Shown piece after piece: positions 36,172 to 46,414 of a stretch of DNA of 64,000 nt. Each line of letters starts with the position of its first letter. Within the stretch, counting starts at the first letter, position 1. Both the position numbers and the translations under genes were made by a program. This stretch comes from Flavobacteriaceae bacterium (lineage in GTDB: Bacteria > Bacteroidota > Bacteroidia > Flavobacteriales > Flavobacteriaceae), in contig CBDICL010000005.1 in assembly GCA_965277255.1 (NCBI GenBank), positions 28,963 to 92,962 on the forward strand. Reading direction: 5' to 3'. Under the pieces are notes generated by a model. That model was not told where the DNA came from and made no database searches. It saw nothing but the letters and a program-made list of their open reading frames with translations.

Positions 36172-36308
36172 CAGGCTGGGAAATTAGTGTTGGATTATAT
36201 CCTGGTGTTTTATTAGGAATTAGAAGCTATGTAGAAAACGGATCAACAGACCATGTTTTATATATACCTTTTGTAGAATTATGTTTAACTATATATTATG
36301 AAAATTAA
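36168..36308 (+). CDS. 46-aa hydrophobic peptide
   Basis: MTGWEISVGLYPGVLLGIRSY...LCLTIYYEN; coupled to nrdB by TAATG. Confidence 0.6.
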   Translation: MTGWEISVGLYPGVLLGIRSYVENGSTDHVLYIPFVELCLTIYYEN

Positions 36309-37276
36309 TGGGATTATTTGATGAAAGAATTGCGTACAAACCATTTGAGTACCCAGAGTACTATACTGAGGGATGGCTTAAACAAGCTCAGGCATTCTGG
36401 TTACATACCGAAATACCAATGTCAGGTGACGTTAAGGATTGGAATGAGAAATTAACGCCTGAAGAAAAAAGCTTAGTAGGTAATATACTACTAGGATTTG
36501 CACAAACAGAATGTGCTGTTAGTGACTATTGGACACAAAAAGTAGTTGGTTGGTTTCCAAAACACGAAATACAACAAATGGCTATGATGTTTGGCTCTCA
36601 AGAAACAATTCACGCTGTAGCTTATAGCTATTTAAATGAAACACTTGGATTAGAAGATTTTGAAGCATTTCTTCAAGATGAGGCAACAATGGAACGATTT
36701 GATAATTTAGTTAGTTATGATGGAAATAATAAAACCAGAATCGCAAGAAGCCTTGCAATCTTTAGTGCTTTTGCAGAAGGAGTTAGCCTCTACTCTGCTT
36801 TTGCTGTTCTTTATAGTTTTCAATTACGTAATCTCCTTAAAGGGATTGGGCAACAAATGAAATGGAGTGTAAGGGATGAATCATTACATTCTAAAATGGG
36901 TTGTAGACTTTTTAGACATATGTGCGAAGAAGATAAAAGTTTATTAGAAGATTGTAGAAAAGATATTATTGATGCGGCAACAGCAATGCTTAAGGCAGAA
37001 GAAAAATATATTGACAGAATGTTTGAAGCCGGAGACGTTGAAGGAATTAAAGCCTACGATCTTAAGCAATTTATTAGAAAAAGACTTAACGAAAAATTAC
37101 AAGAACTTGGTTACTTCGACCTCGGGCAGCACTTTGAATTTAACAAAAAAGCATCAAGTAATCTCGATTGGTTTTACCATCTTACTGGTGGTCATACCCA
37201 TACTGATTTTTTTGCTGTACGTCCAACTGATTATTCAAAAGCAAATGAAGGTGAAGATTTTGAAGATATTTGGTAA
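36308..37276 (+). CDS. nrdB: Ribonucleotide reductase class Ia beta subunit
   Basis: FWLHTEI, QETIHAVAY, EGVSLYSAF, VRDESLH, TDFFAVRPTDYSK. Confidence 0.96.
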   Translation: MGLFDERIAYKPFEYPEYYTEGWLKQAQAFWLHTEIPMSGDVKDWNEKLTPEEKSLVGNILLGFAQTECAVSDYWTQKVVGWFPKHEIQQMAMMFGSQETIHAVAYSYLNETLGLEDFEAFLQDEATMERFDNLVSYDGNNKTRIARSLAIFSAFAEGVSLYSAFAVLYSFQLRNLLKGIGQQMKWSVRDESLHSKMGCRLFRHMCEEDKSLLEDCRKDIIDAATAMLKAEEKYIDRMFEAGDVEGIKAYDLKQFIRKRLNEKLQELGYFDLGQHFEFNKKASSNLDWFYHLTGGHTHTDFFAVRPTDYSKANEGEDFEDIW

Positions 37277-37291
37277 ATTAAATAAAATAAA

Positions 37292-37519
37292 ATGAAAGAA
37301 CAAAAATTAGTAGAATTAGTTAATAAGGTAAATGGTTTAGAAAATATTGTTAAACAATTAATAACTGAATTATATAACTTAAAAGATTTAAGTGTAGGCA
37401 CACTAGAGGCGGTTAAATTAATGCCTGGTTATGACGATGCAATAATTGAATTAACAAAACAATTAGAAGAAGCAAATAAAAAACAACAAGAAAAAAAATT
37501 AGATTTAAATGTGGAATAA
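37292..37519 (+). CDS. Coiled-coil hypothetical protein
   Basis: 75 aa between nrdB and nrdA. Confidence 0.7.
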   Translation: MKEQKLVELVNKVNGLENIVKQLITELYNLKDLSVGTLEAVKLMPGYDDAIIELTKQLEEANKKQQEKKLDLNVE

Positions 37520-39251
37520 TGAATGGGTAAAAGGTGAGGATTATCCAGCATGGGGTGATACTGAAGTTTATAAAAAAACAATTACAGGTGGTTATTTATT
37601 TCAAGGAGAATCGCCTAAAGATGCTTATATGCGTGTTTCAACCGCAGTAGCTAAGCGTTTATACAAGCCAGAATTAGCTGAAAAGTTTTTTGATTACATA
37701 TGGCAGGGTTGGCTGTGTTTAGCCTCACCAGTGTTGTCTAATACAGGTACAGATCGAGGTTTACCTATTAGTTGTTTTGGGATTGATGTTGCTGATAGTA
37801 TAAATGATATTGGACAAAAAAATTTAGAAATGATGCTCTTAGCCAAGCATGGAGGCGGTGTTGGCATAGGAATTAATATGATAAGACCCGCTGGTGCTAA
37901 AATTACAGGTAATGGAACAAGTGATGGAGTGGTCCCGTTTTGCAAGATATACGATTCAACAATACTTGCCACTAATCAAGGATCTGTCCGCAGAGGAGCT
38001 GCGTCAGTTAACATCAATATTGATCACCCCGACTTTGAAGAATGGGTGGAGATCAGAGAACCTAAAGGAGATGTCAATAGGCAGTCCCTCAATCTACACC
38101 AGTGCGCTGTGGTCGGTGACAAGTTTATGCGAAGACTTGAACAAGGAGATACAGAAGCTAGACGCAAGTGGGGAAAACTATTACAAAAGCGTAAAGCAAC
38201 TGGAGAGCCTTATATCCTCTTTAAGGGAAATACAAACAAAAATAACCCAAAAGCATACAAATCAAATGGGCTCAAAGTTCATATGACAAACATATGTAGT
38301 GAAATTGCATTACATACAGACGAATCACACTCTTTTGTGTGTTGCTTATCTTCTCTTAACTTAGATAAATACGACGAATGGAAGAACACGAATTTGATAT
38401 ACGACGCGACATGGTTCCTAGACGGTGTGCTCGAAGAATTTATCCAGAAGGCAAAGAATATGAAGGGATTCGAGAACTCTGTACGCAGTGCGGAAAAAGG
38501 TCGGGCACTTGGGTTGGGTGTCCTTGGGTGGCACAGTCTGTTACAAAAGAACGGAATTGCTTTCGAAGGTTTATTAGCACAATTCAAAACGCGAGAAATT
38601 TTTTCAAAATTAAAAATTGAAACTGAAAGAGCATCAAGAGATTTAGCTGAAACTTATGGTGAACCTTTATGGTGTGTAGGTACTGGAATGCGTAATACAC
38701 ATTTAAGAGCTATTGCACCTACTGTATCTAACAGTAAACTTTCAGGTAATGTTTCACCCGGCATTGAGCCATGGGCTGCAAACGTATTTACAGAGCAATC
38801 TGCTAAAGGTACATTTATTAGAAAAAATAAAGAACTTAAAAAAGTATTAAGAAAAATTGGAATTGATAGTAAAGAAACTTGGGATAAGATTTTGGAAGAT
38901 GGTGGATCCATTCAAGACATTAAAGAGCTCGATGGATGGAATTATGATCACCAAGGAAGACTTACCGAAGAAGATGGTGAGTCTGTAAAAAATGTATTTA
39001 AAACATTTAAAGAGATTAATCAATTAGAATTAGTTAATCAAGCTGGTATACGTCAAGATTATATAGATCAATCAGTAAGTTTAAATTTAGCGTTTCCTTC
39101 TGTAGCGGATCCTAAATGGCTTAATAAAGTACATTTAGAGGCATGGAAGCGTGGTATTAAGACTTTATATTATATGAGAACTGAATCTGTATTAAGAGGT
39201 GATATTGCTGCTAAAGCAATGGATCCAGATTGTATATCCTGTGATGGATAA
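37509..39251 (+). CDS. nrdA: Ribonucleotide reductase class Ia alpha subunit (no ATP cone)
   Basis: ASPVLSN, LPISCF, GGGVG, RRGA, TNICSEI, CCLSSLN, AIAPTVSNS, QSVSLN, KTLYY. Confidence 0.96.
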   Translation: MWNNEWVKGEDYPAWGDTEVYKKTITGGYLFQGESPKDAYMRVSTAVAKRLYKPELAEKFFDYIWQGWLCLASPVLSNTGTDRGLPISCFGIDVADSINDIGQKNLEMMLLAKHGGGVGIGINMIRPAGAKITGNGTSDGVVPFCKIYDSTILATNQGSVRRGAASVNINIDHPDFEEWVEIREPKGDVNRQSLNLHQCAVVGDKFMRRLEQGDTEARRKWGKLLQKRKATGEPYILFKGNTNKNNPKAYKSNGLKVHMTNICSEIALHTDESHSFVCCLSSLNLDKYDEWKNTNLIYDATWFLDGVLEEFIQKAKNMKGFENSVRSAEKGRALGLGVLGWHSLLQKNGIAFEGLLAQFKTREIFSKLKIETERASRDLAETYGEPLWCVGTGMRNTHLRAIAPTVSNSKLSGNVSPGIEPWAANVFTEQSAKGTFIRKNKELKKVLRKIGIDSKETWDKILEDGGSIQDIKELDGWNYDHQGRLTEEDGESVKNVFKTFKEINQLELVNQAGIRQDYIDQSVSLNLAFPSVADPKWLNKVHLEAWKRGIKTLYYMRTESVLRGDIAAKAMDPDCISCDG

Positions 39252-39272
39252 AAAAAGTAAATAATTATTTTT

Positions 39273-39303
39273 ATAGCGCGAATAAGTTGTATATTCACGC
39301 TAT
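39273..39303. terminator. Hairpin downstream of nrdA
   Basis: ATAGCGCGAAT-N9-ATTCACGCTAT (11-bp stem, 1 mismatch) followed by GTTTTGT. Confidence 0.5.
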
Positions 39304-39338
39304 GTTTTGTATTTGTTGTTACAAATAGTTGTTTGTTT

Positions 39339-39374
39339 AAAGGGGTAGAATTAGCGTTCTACCTCTTTTTTTTT
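39339..39374 (+). terminator. Rho-independent (likely bidirectional) terminator between the convergent arms
   Basis: AAAGGGGTAGAA-TTAGCG-TTCTACCTCTTT followed by a T tract. Confidence 0.8.
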
Positions 39375-39755
39375 GTCATCAAAATCCATTGCAGCTTTTA
39401 ATATGAATTTATCCATCATATTATCTTGATTTTCTAACATTTGCTTTTGCAAATTAATAATCATATCTTCAAGATTATCTTTAGCTGCCACTAATAATTC
39501 AATTTGATCTTCTTTCTTTTCAATTGTTGCTTTAAGTGCATTTATATCATCAGGCTTGGAACCTGTAATAGTGCTTATGACCATGGCTAAACTAGCTGAT
39601 AGTGTACCCACGAGCATCATTACAACTTCTTTATTAGATTCTAAAACTGGATATTGAATAAATACTACAACTAAAGCTACTATAAAGAAAAATATTAATA
39701 ATGCCCCGCTATAAGAACGTAATTCTTTTGCTACTCCGTTTTTAGGTAATTTCAT
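39351..39755 (-). CDS. Two-TM membrane protein with C-terminal coiled coil (holin-like)
   Basis: PVLESNKEVVMMLVG...ITGS resembles VPETNKEIFIHMIG...YFGS of 10342..10809. Confidence 0.65.
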   Translation of the reverse strand: MKLPKNGVAKELRSYSGALLIFFFIVALVVVFIQYPVLESNKEVVMMLVGTLSASLAMVISTITGSKPDDINALKATIEKKEDQIELLVAAKDNLEDMIINLQKQMLENQDNMMDKFILKAAMDFDDKKKEVER

Positions 39756-39758
39756 ATT

Positions 39759-40047
39759 TTATCTTTTTTTACGATCAATGTCTCTTCTTAAATATTCTAT
39801 ATCTTTCATAAAAGCCCTCATTTCAGTCTCAAGAGCTTTTACTTCTTCTTCTGTTTTTCTTTGACCAAGTATATTTTTGTTCGTTTTCTTTTAATTTATT
39901 AGCTTTCACTTCAACAGCACCAACACGAGCATTTAAAGTATAATAAGAGCCTATAATAGAAGCAAACATTACAAATATTGTAATTATTTGTGGAATGCTT
40001 ATGGAGACATCCGCTTTTCCATCACCATCTAAATCTATTTTTGCCAT
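39759..40047 (-). pseudogene. TM plus coiled-coil gene with a frameshift at ~39864
   Basis: MAKIDLDGDGKADVSISIPQIITIF...ENEQKYTW then a frame switch to QRKTEEEVKALETEMRAFMKDIEYLRRDIDRKKR*, which ends 3 nt before the next start; span 289 nt. Confidence 0.6.
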
Positions 40048-40054
40048 AAATAAT

Positions 40055-40333
40055 TTATTGTTTTTTTCTCCCAGATCTTTGTTTACCAGTTGCTGCAGAA
40101 GGTATATCTCCAATTTGATTACCAACTTCTTTAATAGCATCTCCTACGTCTTTAATTTCTTTTACAACGTTTTCAGCTCTTGATTTAATTTCAGCAACAG
40201 CCTCTTCAGCCGCATCCGCAATCATATCTTTATCTTTGTCTTGTATTTTACCAGTATATAATGATATTAAATAAAAATTTAATAAAAGTGATAGTCCAGT
40301 AAAAATGCTTAATGTAATTGTAATTGTGCTCAT
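40055..40333 (-). CDS. N-terminal TM plus coiled-coil protein (paralog of 10809..11087)
   Basis: About 67% identical to 10809..11087. Confidence 0.85.
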   Translation of the reverse strand: MSTITITLSIFTGLSLLLNFYLISLYTGKIQDKDKDMIADAAEEAVAEIKSRAENVVKEIKDVGDAIKEVGNQIGDIPSAATGKQRSGRKKQ

Positions 40334-40335
40334 AA

Positions 40336-43300
40336 TTATTTAATACCTGTTTTAATGTTTGATTTACTTATTCCTGTACTTATTTTTGAAGGCTTAACTA
40401 TTTTAGCCTTTTTTTTCTTTTCTTCTTTCATACCAATTTCCCAATCTTGCCATCCTGATAATAAAGCAACTCGTTGCCACATTTCAGCATCTTCAGATAA
40501 AGCATTTTGTACGTTATCTATTTTTCTTAATGCTCTATCAACAGGTAAGTTAGTAGCCCCAGCTATAATTTGAGCGCCAGCCATAGCAGCAGGGTTTTCT
40601 AAACTTAAACCTTTTTCTCGTATTTCTTTTCTATTCCAACTAATTTGTCTACCAGCTGATCTAAATTTAGAAATCTTAGATGATATTGGTGGTGATATTT
40701 CAAGTAACTTCCAAGCAGCTTCTTCAAACTTAGGTGCTTTTTTATCAGATTCTTGTGCTATTTTAATAGCTACATTTTTAGCAACAGAAACAGCAGCACC
40801 AGCAAATCCTAATCCTCTTAAAATACTATCCGACATACTATTAGCCATGCGAATATATTTTTTATTCATTTCATCTTCTTCTTCATCATCACCAAATGCA
40901 ACAGCAAATAATGCTTGCTGTAAAGCGGTAAATATAATGTTCTGAACAACCATATAATATATAATCTTAGAAACATTTGTTTTAAGGTCACCACGGCCAT
41001 TCTTAATGTCCAGAACAGCTTTTTTAGTTAATCTAGCATACTGAGCTGGGGTGTTTGCAAAAGCCAATACAATGCGTCCTAATGGTCCCGCTTGCTGTTG
41101 ACTAATACGTGAAGGATCAGAAGATTGTTGAGATTCAGTTGCTGTTTCTCTAAAGTCACGCATAGCTATTGCTTCAGCCTCTTCTTTTGTATATCCTTCT
41201 TTAACTAAAGAATTAAATCTATTTCTATAAAAACTAGCTCCACCTGATGCAATTGCAAAACTATCTGCAATTTGTGTAGGTAAGAAACCAGCCTTTAATA
41301 GTTGACCCATGATTGCTTTAGCTTTATTAGTAGACGTTTTGGCTAGATCTGCGATTTCAGATTCGTTTACATCGATCTTTAAACCATTACGTCTTTCAAC
41401 TAAGAACGGTGAGTTCATAAGCATCATAAAGTCTTTAGTCCATTGTTTTGGGTTTAAAAATGCTTTAGCAGCAGCTAATACATTATTATCACTCCAATTT
41501 ATAAAGTTTACAGCAGAAATTGTTTGAAGTACAGCTGATCTTGAATTTAAAAACATAATAGTACCAATTGAATTAGAAATCCAATCAGTAAATCTACTAG
41601 TTAAAGCATCTCCACCAAAGCTTCTATTTCTACCGCTTTTCATTCTTCCAAGAATGTTTTCTAAAGCTATTCTATAAGGTTTACCATAAGCAGCCTCTAG
41701 TTTATTTAAATTATCTTTTGAAAATATAGCGTTTACATTTTCTGTCCATCCAGACTCTTCTAAATATTTTGTTCTTCTTGTTGTGCTTAATGTTTTTAAT
41801 AAATCTGCATCAATAGATCCTGCATCCCACCATTTTGCACCAGGAGAAGCATATTCTCCTTGCGTTATTTCCATTAATTGATCTGCAAATTTTAAAAGAT
41901 TAGGATCTTTTTTAACAAACTTAATTAATTGATCTAAATCAGCCTTATCCATACCGTTTTCTTCAGTAAGCATGTCAACACCTTGCTTGTTCCAAATATA
42001 AACACGAACCGCATCTTGCTGAGAATATTGAGTACCTGGTAATTTTTTACGTAAGTTTTTAGGTACAATTTTTAATTGCTTTTTAAGCTCTTTAAAGTCC
42101 TTAGCTAATTGTACGCGATCACGAGTTATATTATTAAGAGCATCTGTATATGGATTTAATAAGTTGTACTTATACCATGCCATCTGTTGATCTCCTAATT
42201 TATCCTTTCCTAATGTAGCATATAATAATCCTACAAAATCTTCAGCCCCTGGTGGAATAAAAAATTTCCATTTACCTTTACTAGCACCTTCAACCTCTGC
42301 TTTTGCTTTTTTATAAACTTTATCAGCAGCAATACCAGTTTTATCTTCAATAATTTTATTAAAGTCTTCGCTTAATGTTGCGTTTTCTTTCGCGCTATTT
42401 TTTTGGTCAATTAAGTATTCTAAATCTTTTTCAACATTTAAAATATTATTATATCTTTTAGGAAATGTACCTTTCTCTTTTAGTTCAGATTTATTAAGTT
42501 TTTTAGTATTTTTTTCTGTAATAAAATCAACAAAACTTTTATTTAATTCATTCTTTACTAAAATGTAATTTTCTTCTTTAGATTTGTTTTTATCTATAGC
42601 TTTTTTAATATTACTTCTTAATTCTTTAATAGGTGGAGTATGCTCATAAACAAGTTTCTCTCCTGGTTTACCTTTTTCTACAGATCTAATTTTTCCCGCA
42701 AACCTTAATGCGCTATCACTAGCAGCACCCATTATTTGTAAATATTCATCTACTCCTTTTTCATTACCTTCGCTAATTAATTTAGCTATTTTATTTGCTA
42801 AATAATTGCTATAGTCTTTATTCATATTGTCTTGAGCAGACTTTTGTTTAATTAATGTATTATAAAAACTTTTCCATCCACTTTTTCCTAAAACAATAGA
42901 GTTTTGACTAGGTCGATATTTACCTTCAAAATCATTTAATGCAACATTTTTATAAAATATACCTTGGCCTCCAAACTTCCCTGATTCAGCTAATTTAAAG
43001 TTTTTAATAGTTTCTTTATCAAAAACATTTTGTTCATTAAACCATGTCCACGCATGTTTTACCGCCGCTGACTTTTTATTAAATATATAACCTTCTTTAC
43101 CTAATTTAAGTTTAGCTATTCCAGATAACTCATATTTTAAAAAATTATAAATAGCCGTTTCCTTTTCTTCAATAGTTTTGGCTAATTTTACATTATTTTT
43201 TAAATTGCTTATGCTGTTGTTTAAAACATTAAAAGTTCTAATTTTAATAACTCCACTATCAATATCTTCAGTAGCAGTTTCTATTTTAGTTATATCCCCT

Positions 43301-46300
43301 AAATCTTCTACTTTTTTATAAATATTTTCAAGCTTTTCTTCAACAACAAGTTTTTCTTCTTTTGTTTCAAAAAGATCTTGAGCGGCTTTTATACCAGCTT
43401 TTAGTGCTTTAGCAAAGTCATTAGTTAATTTTAAAGTTGCTTTTGTTGCTTTTAAGAACGCTTTTGCAGCGGCAATAGATAATTCAGGTATACCTAATGA
43501 TACATACAAATTTTGGTTATTTTTCTGTAAATTATCAAGATAATTAATAGCTCTATCAATTTTTTCAGAAATAATTTCAATAAAATTAGCAGGAACTTCT
43601 TGTCCTTGCAATTCTTGCACTGCTACAAATTTATTTTTTATGTCTTCTTTTGACAATGCATTTAATACATTATCTAAACCTATTTCATCAGCTAATACTT
43701 TTGCTAATGATGTTTTACGGGCTCCTTTAACATTACCAGGTGCATTTAAAAAATACTTTATAAACTCAGCTTTAGTTATATCACGTTTTTTAAATACTTT
43801 TTTACCCTCAGCTGTTTTTTCTCTTAATTGTTTACCTGTTTCAGGGTCTACAACAGCCTCGTTAAATTCTTTAAAATTACGGTTTATAGTTTCTTGTGGA
43901 ATTGCAGGATATATTTTTTCAAAATTATCTCTTAAAAATTGCTCGTATGATGCTTGACGACCAAATACCGTTTTAAATGTATTAGTTAATTCATTTCTAA
44001 AACCAGTAGTTAAAGCTTGTCTAAACTTTTTATCTGTTACAGCGGGTAATTTAGTACCTAATGTTTTTTCAACAGCTTTTACAATATCATTTTGAGTTGT
44101 TTCATCTAAGTTTAAATCCTTAGCTAATGCTGTTTTTACTTCTTGCTTTACTTGCTCTTGTTGTGTAACAATATCTTCCGCGGTTTCAGTAGCGGTAACA
44201 GCTTTAGCCTCAGTAACATCTTGTGTAAATTCTTTACCTAAAATTCTTTGAGAAGCCTCAATTGCTCTATTAGGTAATTGTTTATTTATAAAACCAGCTA
44301 ATGGTGCTACAGGTTGATTAGCAGCTTCTTGTTTTTCTACATATTTAGGGTATGCGTTAACTAAATCAAGAATACCTCTTTTACCTACTTGTATTTCAGA
44401 AGTAAGCAACTCTCTGTCAAAATTGGGAGCATCTCTACGCTTGTCAACTATTCTATCTACTATAGGTTTAAATTCTTTAAATATTTCGTTAATGCCTTCA
44501 ACACCTTTATCATTGTAAATTTGTTGAACTTTGCTAGAGGCTACTTTTTCTTTTGTTATAATTTTTTGTACAGCTTGTTCTGCTTCTGTTAATGGAGCAG
44601 TTTGTTCTTGTGTATCTATTTCTTCAGATACAACTTGTTCTGGTTTAGTTTCTGCAGAATCAGCAATGCCTTTAATCCTGTTTTTTGCGTTAATATAAGT
44701 TGTCTTATAACCTTCTAAAGCAATTAAATAATCACTTCTTTTAATATTACCCTCATCTAATTCTTTATTTAATTCTTTAACGCGTTGAACTTGCAAATTA
44801 GCAAGATCACCCATTGAATTAACCTCATCAATTTCTGTTTTATTTAATTTAGGTATTATAGCATTACTTTTAGTAATCCTTGAAGATAATCTGCTGTTTA
44901 CATCATTAATTTTTTGTTGTATACCTTCCTTACCTACTTTGCTTTCTGTAGAATTATACTGTTTTTGCAATTCAGATAATTCGTTTATATCTGCTTGTAT
45001 ACCTTCGTTGTCAGCAGGTGCTCTTAAATTGCTTGCTGCTTTTAAAAGATATCTGCTGCCTTTAATTCCAACCGCGCCACCTAATCCCTGTAAGCCACTT
45101 TCAAGACCTTCTTGTGATGCCATACCCTCTACCATAGCTAATGCTGCTTTTGAGGAGTCTCCAGTTTTTCCTAAAACTCTATTGTATTCATCAATTCCAA
45201 ATTGAAAATTTTCTGTTATAAATTCCGTTTTTCCAGAACTATATATATCTAATACTTTAACACCTAATGGTGAATCTAAAAATTTATTTGAAATAACTTT
45301 TATACCATTCTTTTTTATAGGTGAAAGCATGGATGATAAACCAACAACATCAGACACGGCTTGTATACCAGCTAAAGCAACGGGGGCTTTGGCATTATCT
45401 TTCCCTTCAATTATAAGATTTTCAAGAGTTGTATTTTCTCTTTTAGCTAATTCTTCATTAAAAGTTACATAATTTTCTGCAGCAAAATCCGCATAAAAAC
45501 CTGAACCAACAGTACCAGCACCAAAACCAGCGGAACCAACCATACTCACCATTGAACTTAGTATAGCAGCTCCTCCTTTAAGAATTTCACCTTGCTTAAA
45601 ACTTTCAATAATAGGTAATGTTTGTTTTCTTTTTTCTTGCTCCGCTTTTAATTTAGGTATACTTTTAAGTATCTCTTTAGTCCCAAGACCTTTTGTTAAT
45701 GAAACAGGAAGCCCCATTACGGGTATGCTCACTCCGCGATATTTTTCTACAAATTCATCGACATTCTCTTGCCCAAAAATAGCCTTATATACAGCTGCAG
45801 TAGCTAGGTCTAAAGCTGGAGATTCACCTGACCAAAAACTTTTTATTTTTTTAACATCTTGTCCAACATTTAAAGCAGCATTGCTTAAAGATTCAGACAT
45901 GTCCATATTAATAACACTGTTAATTTTTTCCTGCTCTTCTTGTGCTAATTTATTTGCTTCATTTAAAATATTTCTAGCGCCTGTATCAATTTGTTCTGCT
46001 GTAAAATTATAATTTTGAGGGTCTGGAGCATTATTTATTAATTGCTCTTGAGCTAAATCTTGAATATATAAGCGATCTTCATTAGACAATTCTTCTAAAT
46101 TAAATGCTTCAAATGATTCTGCAATATCTTCTACTTCATTATTTAATATTTTTTCTTCTTTTCTTTTTAAATCACCTTCTCTAGTTTTTTTTCTAATACT
46201 AGTTTTTGGTGACTCCAAAGAAATATCCTCCAATACTAATTCCGTAGCTTGACTTTCGGGTGCTGCAGTTTCCTCCACAACCGCACCCGGTGCTGTGGGG

Positions 46301-46413
46301 GTTTCCTTTCCCTCTTCTTCAACTAATACAGCTGTAGGGTTATCTAATATAAAATCATTTACAACATCATCAGGGATGTTATATATGGTACCGTTTAAAT
46401 TAAATTTTGGCAT
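40336..46413 (-). CDS. Large internal virion / DNA-ejection protein (2025 aa)
   Basis: Size, helical composition and position as last of three genes after the tail genes (T7 gp14-16-like synteny); inference. Confidence 0.65.
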   Translation of the reverse strand: MPKFNLNGTIYNIPDDVVNDFILDNPTAVLVEEEGKETPTAPGAVVEETAAPESQATELVLEDISLESPKTSIRKKTREGDLKRKEEKILNNEVEDIAESFEAFNLEELSNEDRLYIQDLAQEQLINNAPDPQNYNFTAEQIDTGARNILNEANKLAQEEQEKINSVINMDMSESLSNAALNVGQDVKKIKSFWSGESPALDLATAAVYKAIFGQENVDEFVEKYRGVSIPVMGLPVSLTKGLGTKEILKSIPKLKAEQEKRKQTLPIIESFKQGEILKGGAAILSSMVSMVGSAGFGAGTVGSGFYADFAAENYVTFNEELAKRENTTLENLIIEGKDNAKAPVALAGIQAVSDVVGLSSMLSPIKKNGIKVISNKFLDSPLGVKVLDIYSSGKTEFITENFQFGIDEYNRVLGKTGDSSKAALAMVEGMASQEGLESGLQGLGGAVGIKGSRYLLKAASNLRAPADNEGIQADINELSELQKQYNSTESKVGKEGIQQKINDVNSRLSSRITKSNAIIPKLNKTEIDEVNSMGDLANLQVQRVKELNKELDEGNIKRSDYLIALEGYKTTYINAKNRIKGIADSAETKPEQVVSEEIDTQEQTAPLTEAEQAVQKIITKEKVASSKVQQIYNDKGVEGINEIFKEFKPIVDRIVDKRRDAPNFDRELLTSEIQVGKRGILDLVNAYPKYVEKQEAANQPVAPLAGFINKQLPNRAIEASQRILGKEFTQDVTEAKAVTATETAEDIVTQQEQVKQEVKTALAKDLNLDETTQNDIVKAVEKTLGTKLPAVTDKKFRQALTTGFRNELTNTFKTVFGRQASYEQFLRDNFEKIYPAIPQETINRNFKEFNEAVVDPETGKQLREKTAEGKKVFKKRDITKAEFIKYFLNAPGNVKGARKTSLAKVLADEIGLDNVLNALSKEDIKNKFVAVQELQGQEVPANFIEIISEKIDRAINYLDNLQKNNQNLYVSLGIPELSIAAAKAFLKATKATLKLTNDFAKALKAGIKAAQDLFETKEEKLVVEEKLENIYKKVEDLGDITKIETATEDIDSGVIKIRTFNVLNNSISNLKNNVKLAKTIEEKETAIYNFLKYELSGIAKLKLGKEGYIFNKKSAAVKHAWTWFNEQNVFDKETIKNFKLAESGKFGGQGIFYKNVALNDFEGKYRPSQNSIVLGKSGWKSFYNTLIKQKSAQDNMNKDYSNYLANKIAKLISEGNEKGVDEYLQIMGAASDSALRFAGKIRSVEKGKPGEKLVYEHTPPIKELRSNIKKAIDKNKSKEENYILVKNELNKSFVDFITEKNTKKLNKSELKEKGTFPKRYNNILNVEKDLEYLIDQKNSAKENATLSEDFNKIIEDKTGIAADKVYKKAKAEVEGASKGKWKFFIPPGAEDFVGLLYATLGKDKLGDQQMAWYKYNLLNPYTDALNNITRDRVQLAKDFKELKKQLKIVPKNLRKKLPGTQYSQQDAVRVYIWNKQGVDMLTEENGMDKADLDQLIKFVKKDPNLLKFADQLMEITQGEYASPGAKWWDAGSIDADLLKTLSTTRRTKYLEESGWTENVNAIFSKDNLNKLEAAYGKPYRIALENILGRMKSGRNRSFGGDALTSRFTDWISNSIGTIMFLNSRSAVLQTISAVNFINWSDNNVLAAAKAFLNPKQWTKDFMMLMNSPFLVERRNGLKIDVNESEIADLAKTSTNKAKAIMGQLLKAGFLPTQIADSFAIASGGASFYRNRFNSLVKEGYTKEEAEAIAMRDFRETATESQQSSDPSRISQQQAGPLGRIVLAFANTPAQYARLTKKAVLDIKNGRGDLKTNVSKIIYYMVVQNIIFTALQQALFAVAFGDDEEEDEMNKKYIRMANSMSDSILRGLGFAGAAVSVAKNVAIKIAQESDKKAPKFEEAAWKLLEISPPISSKISKFRSAGRQISWNRKEIREKGLSLENPAAMAGAQIIAGATNLPVDRALRKIDNVQNALSEDAEMWQRVALLSGWQDWEIGMKEEKKKKAKIVKPSKISTGISKSNIKTGIK

Positions 46414-46414
46414 A

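Noticed and set aside
31198-39251. Introns or inteins in primase-helicase, thyA, nrdA or nrdB
   Set aside because: All have normal lengths and continuous motifs.
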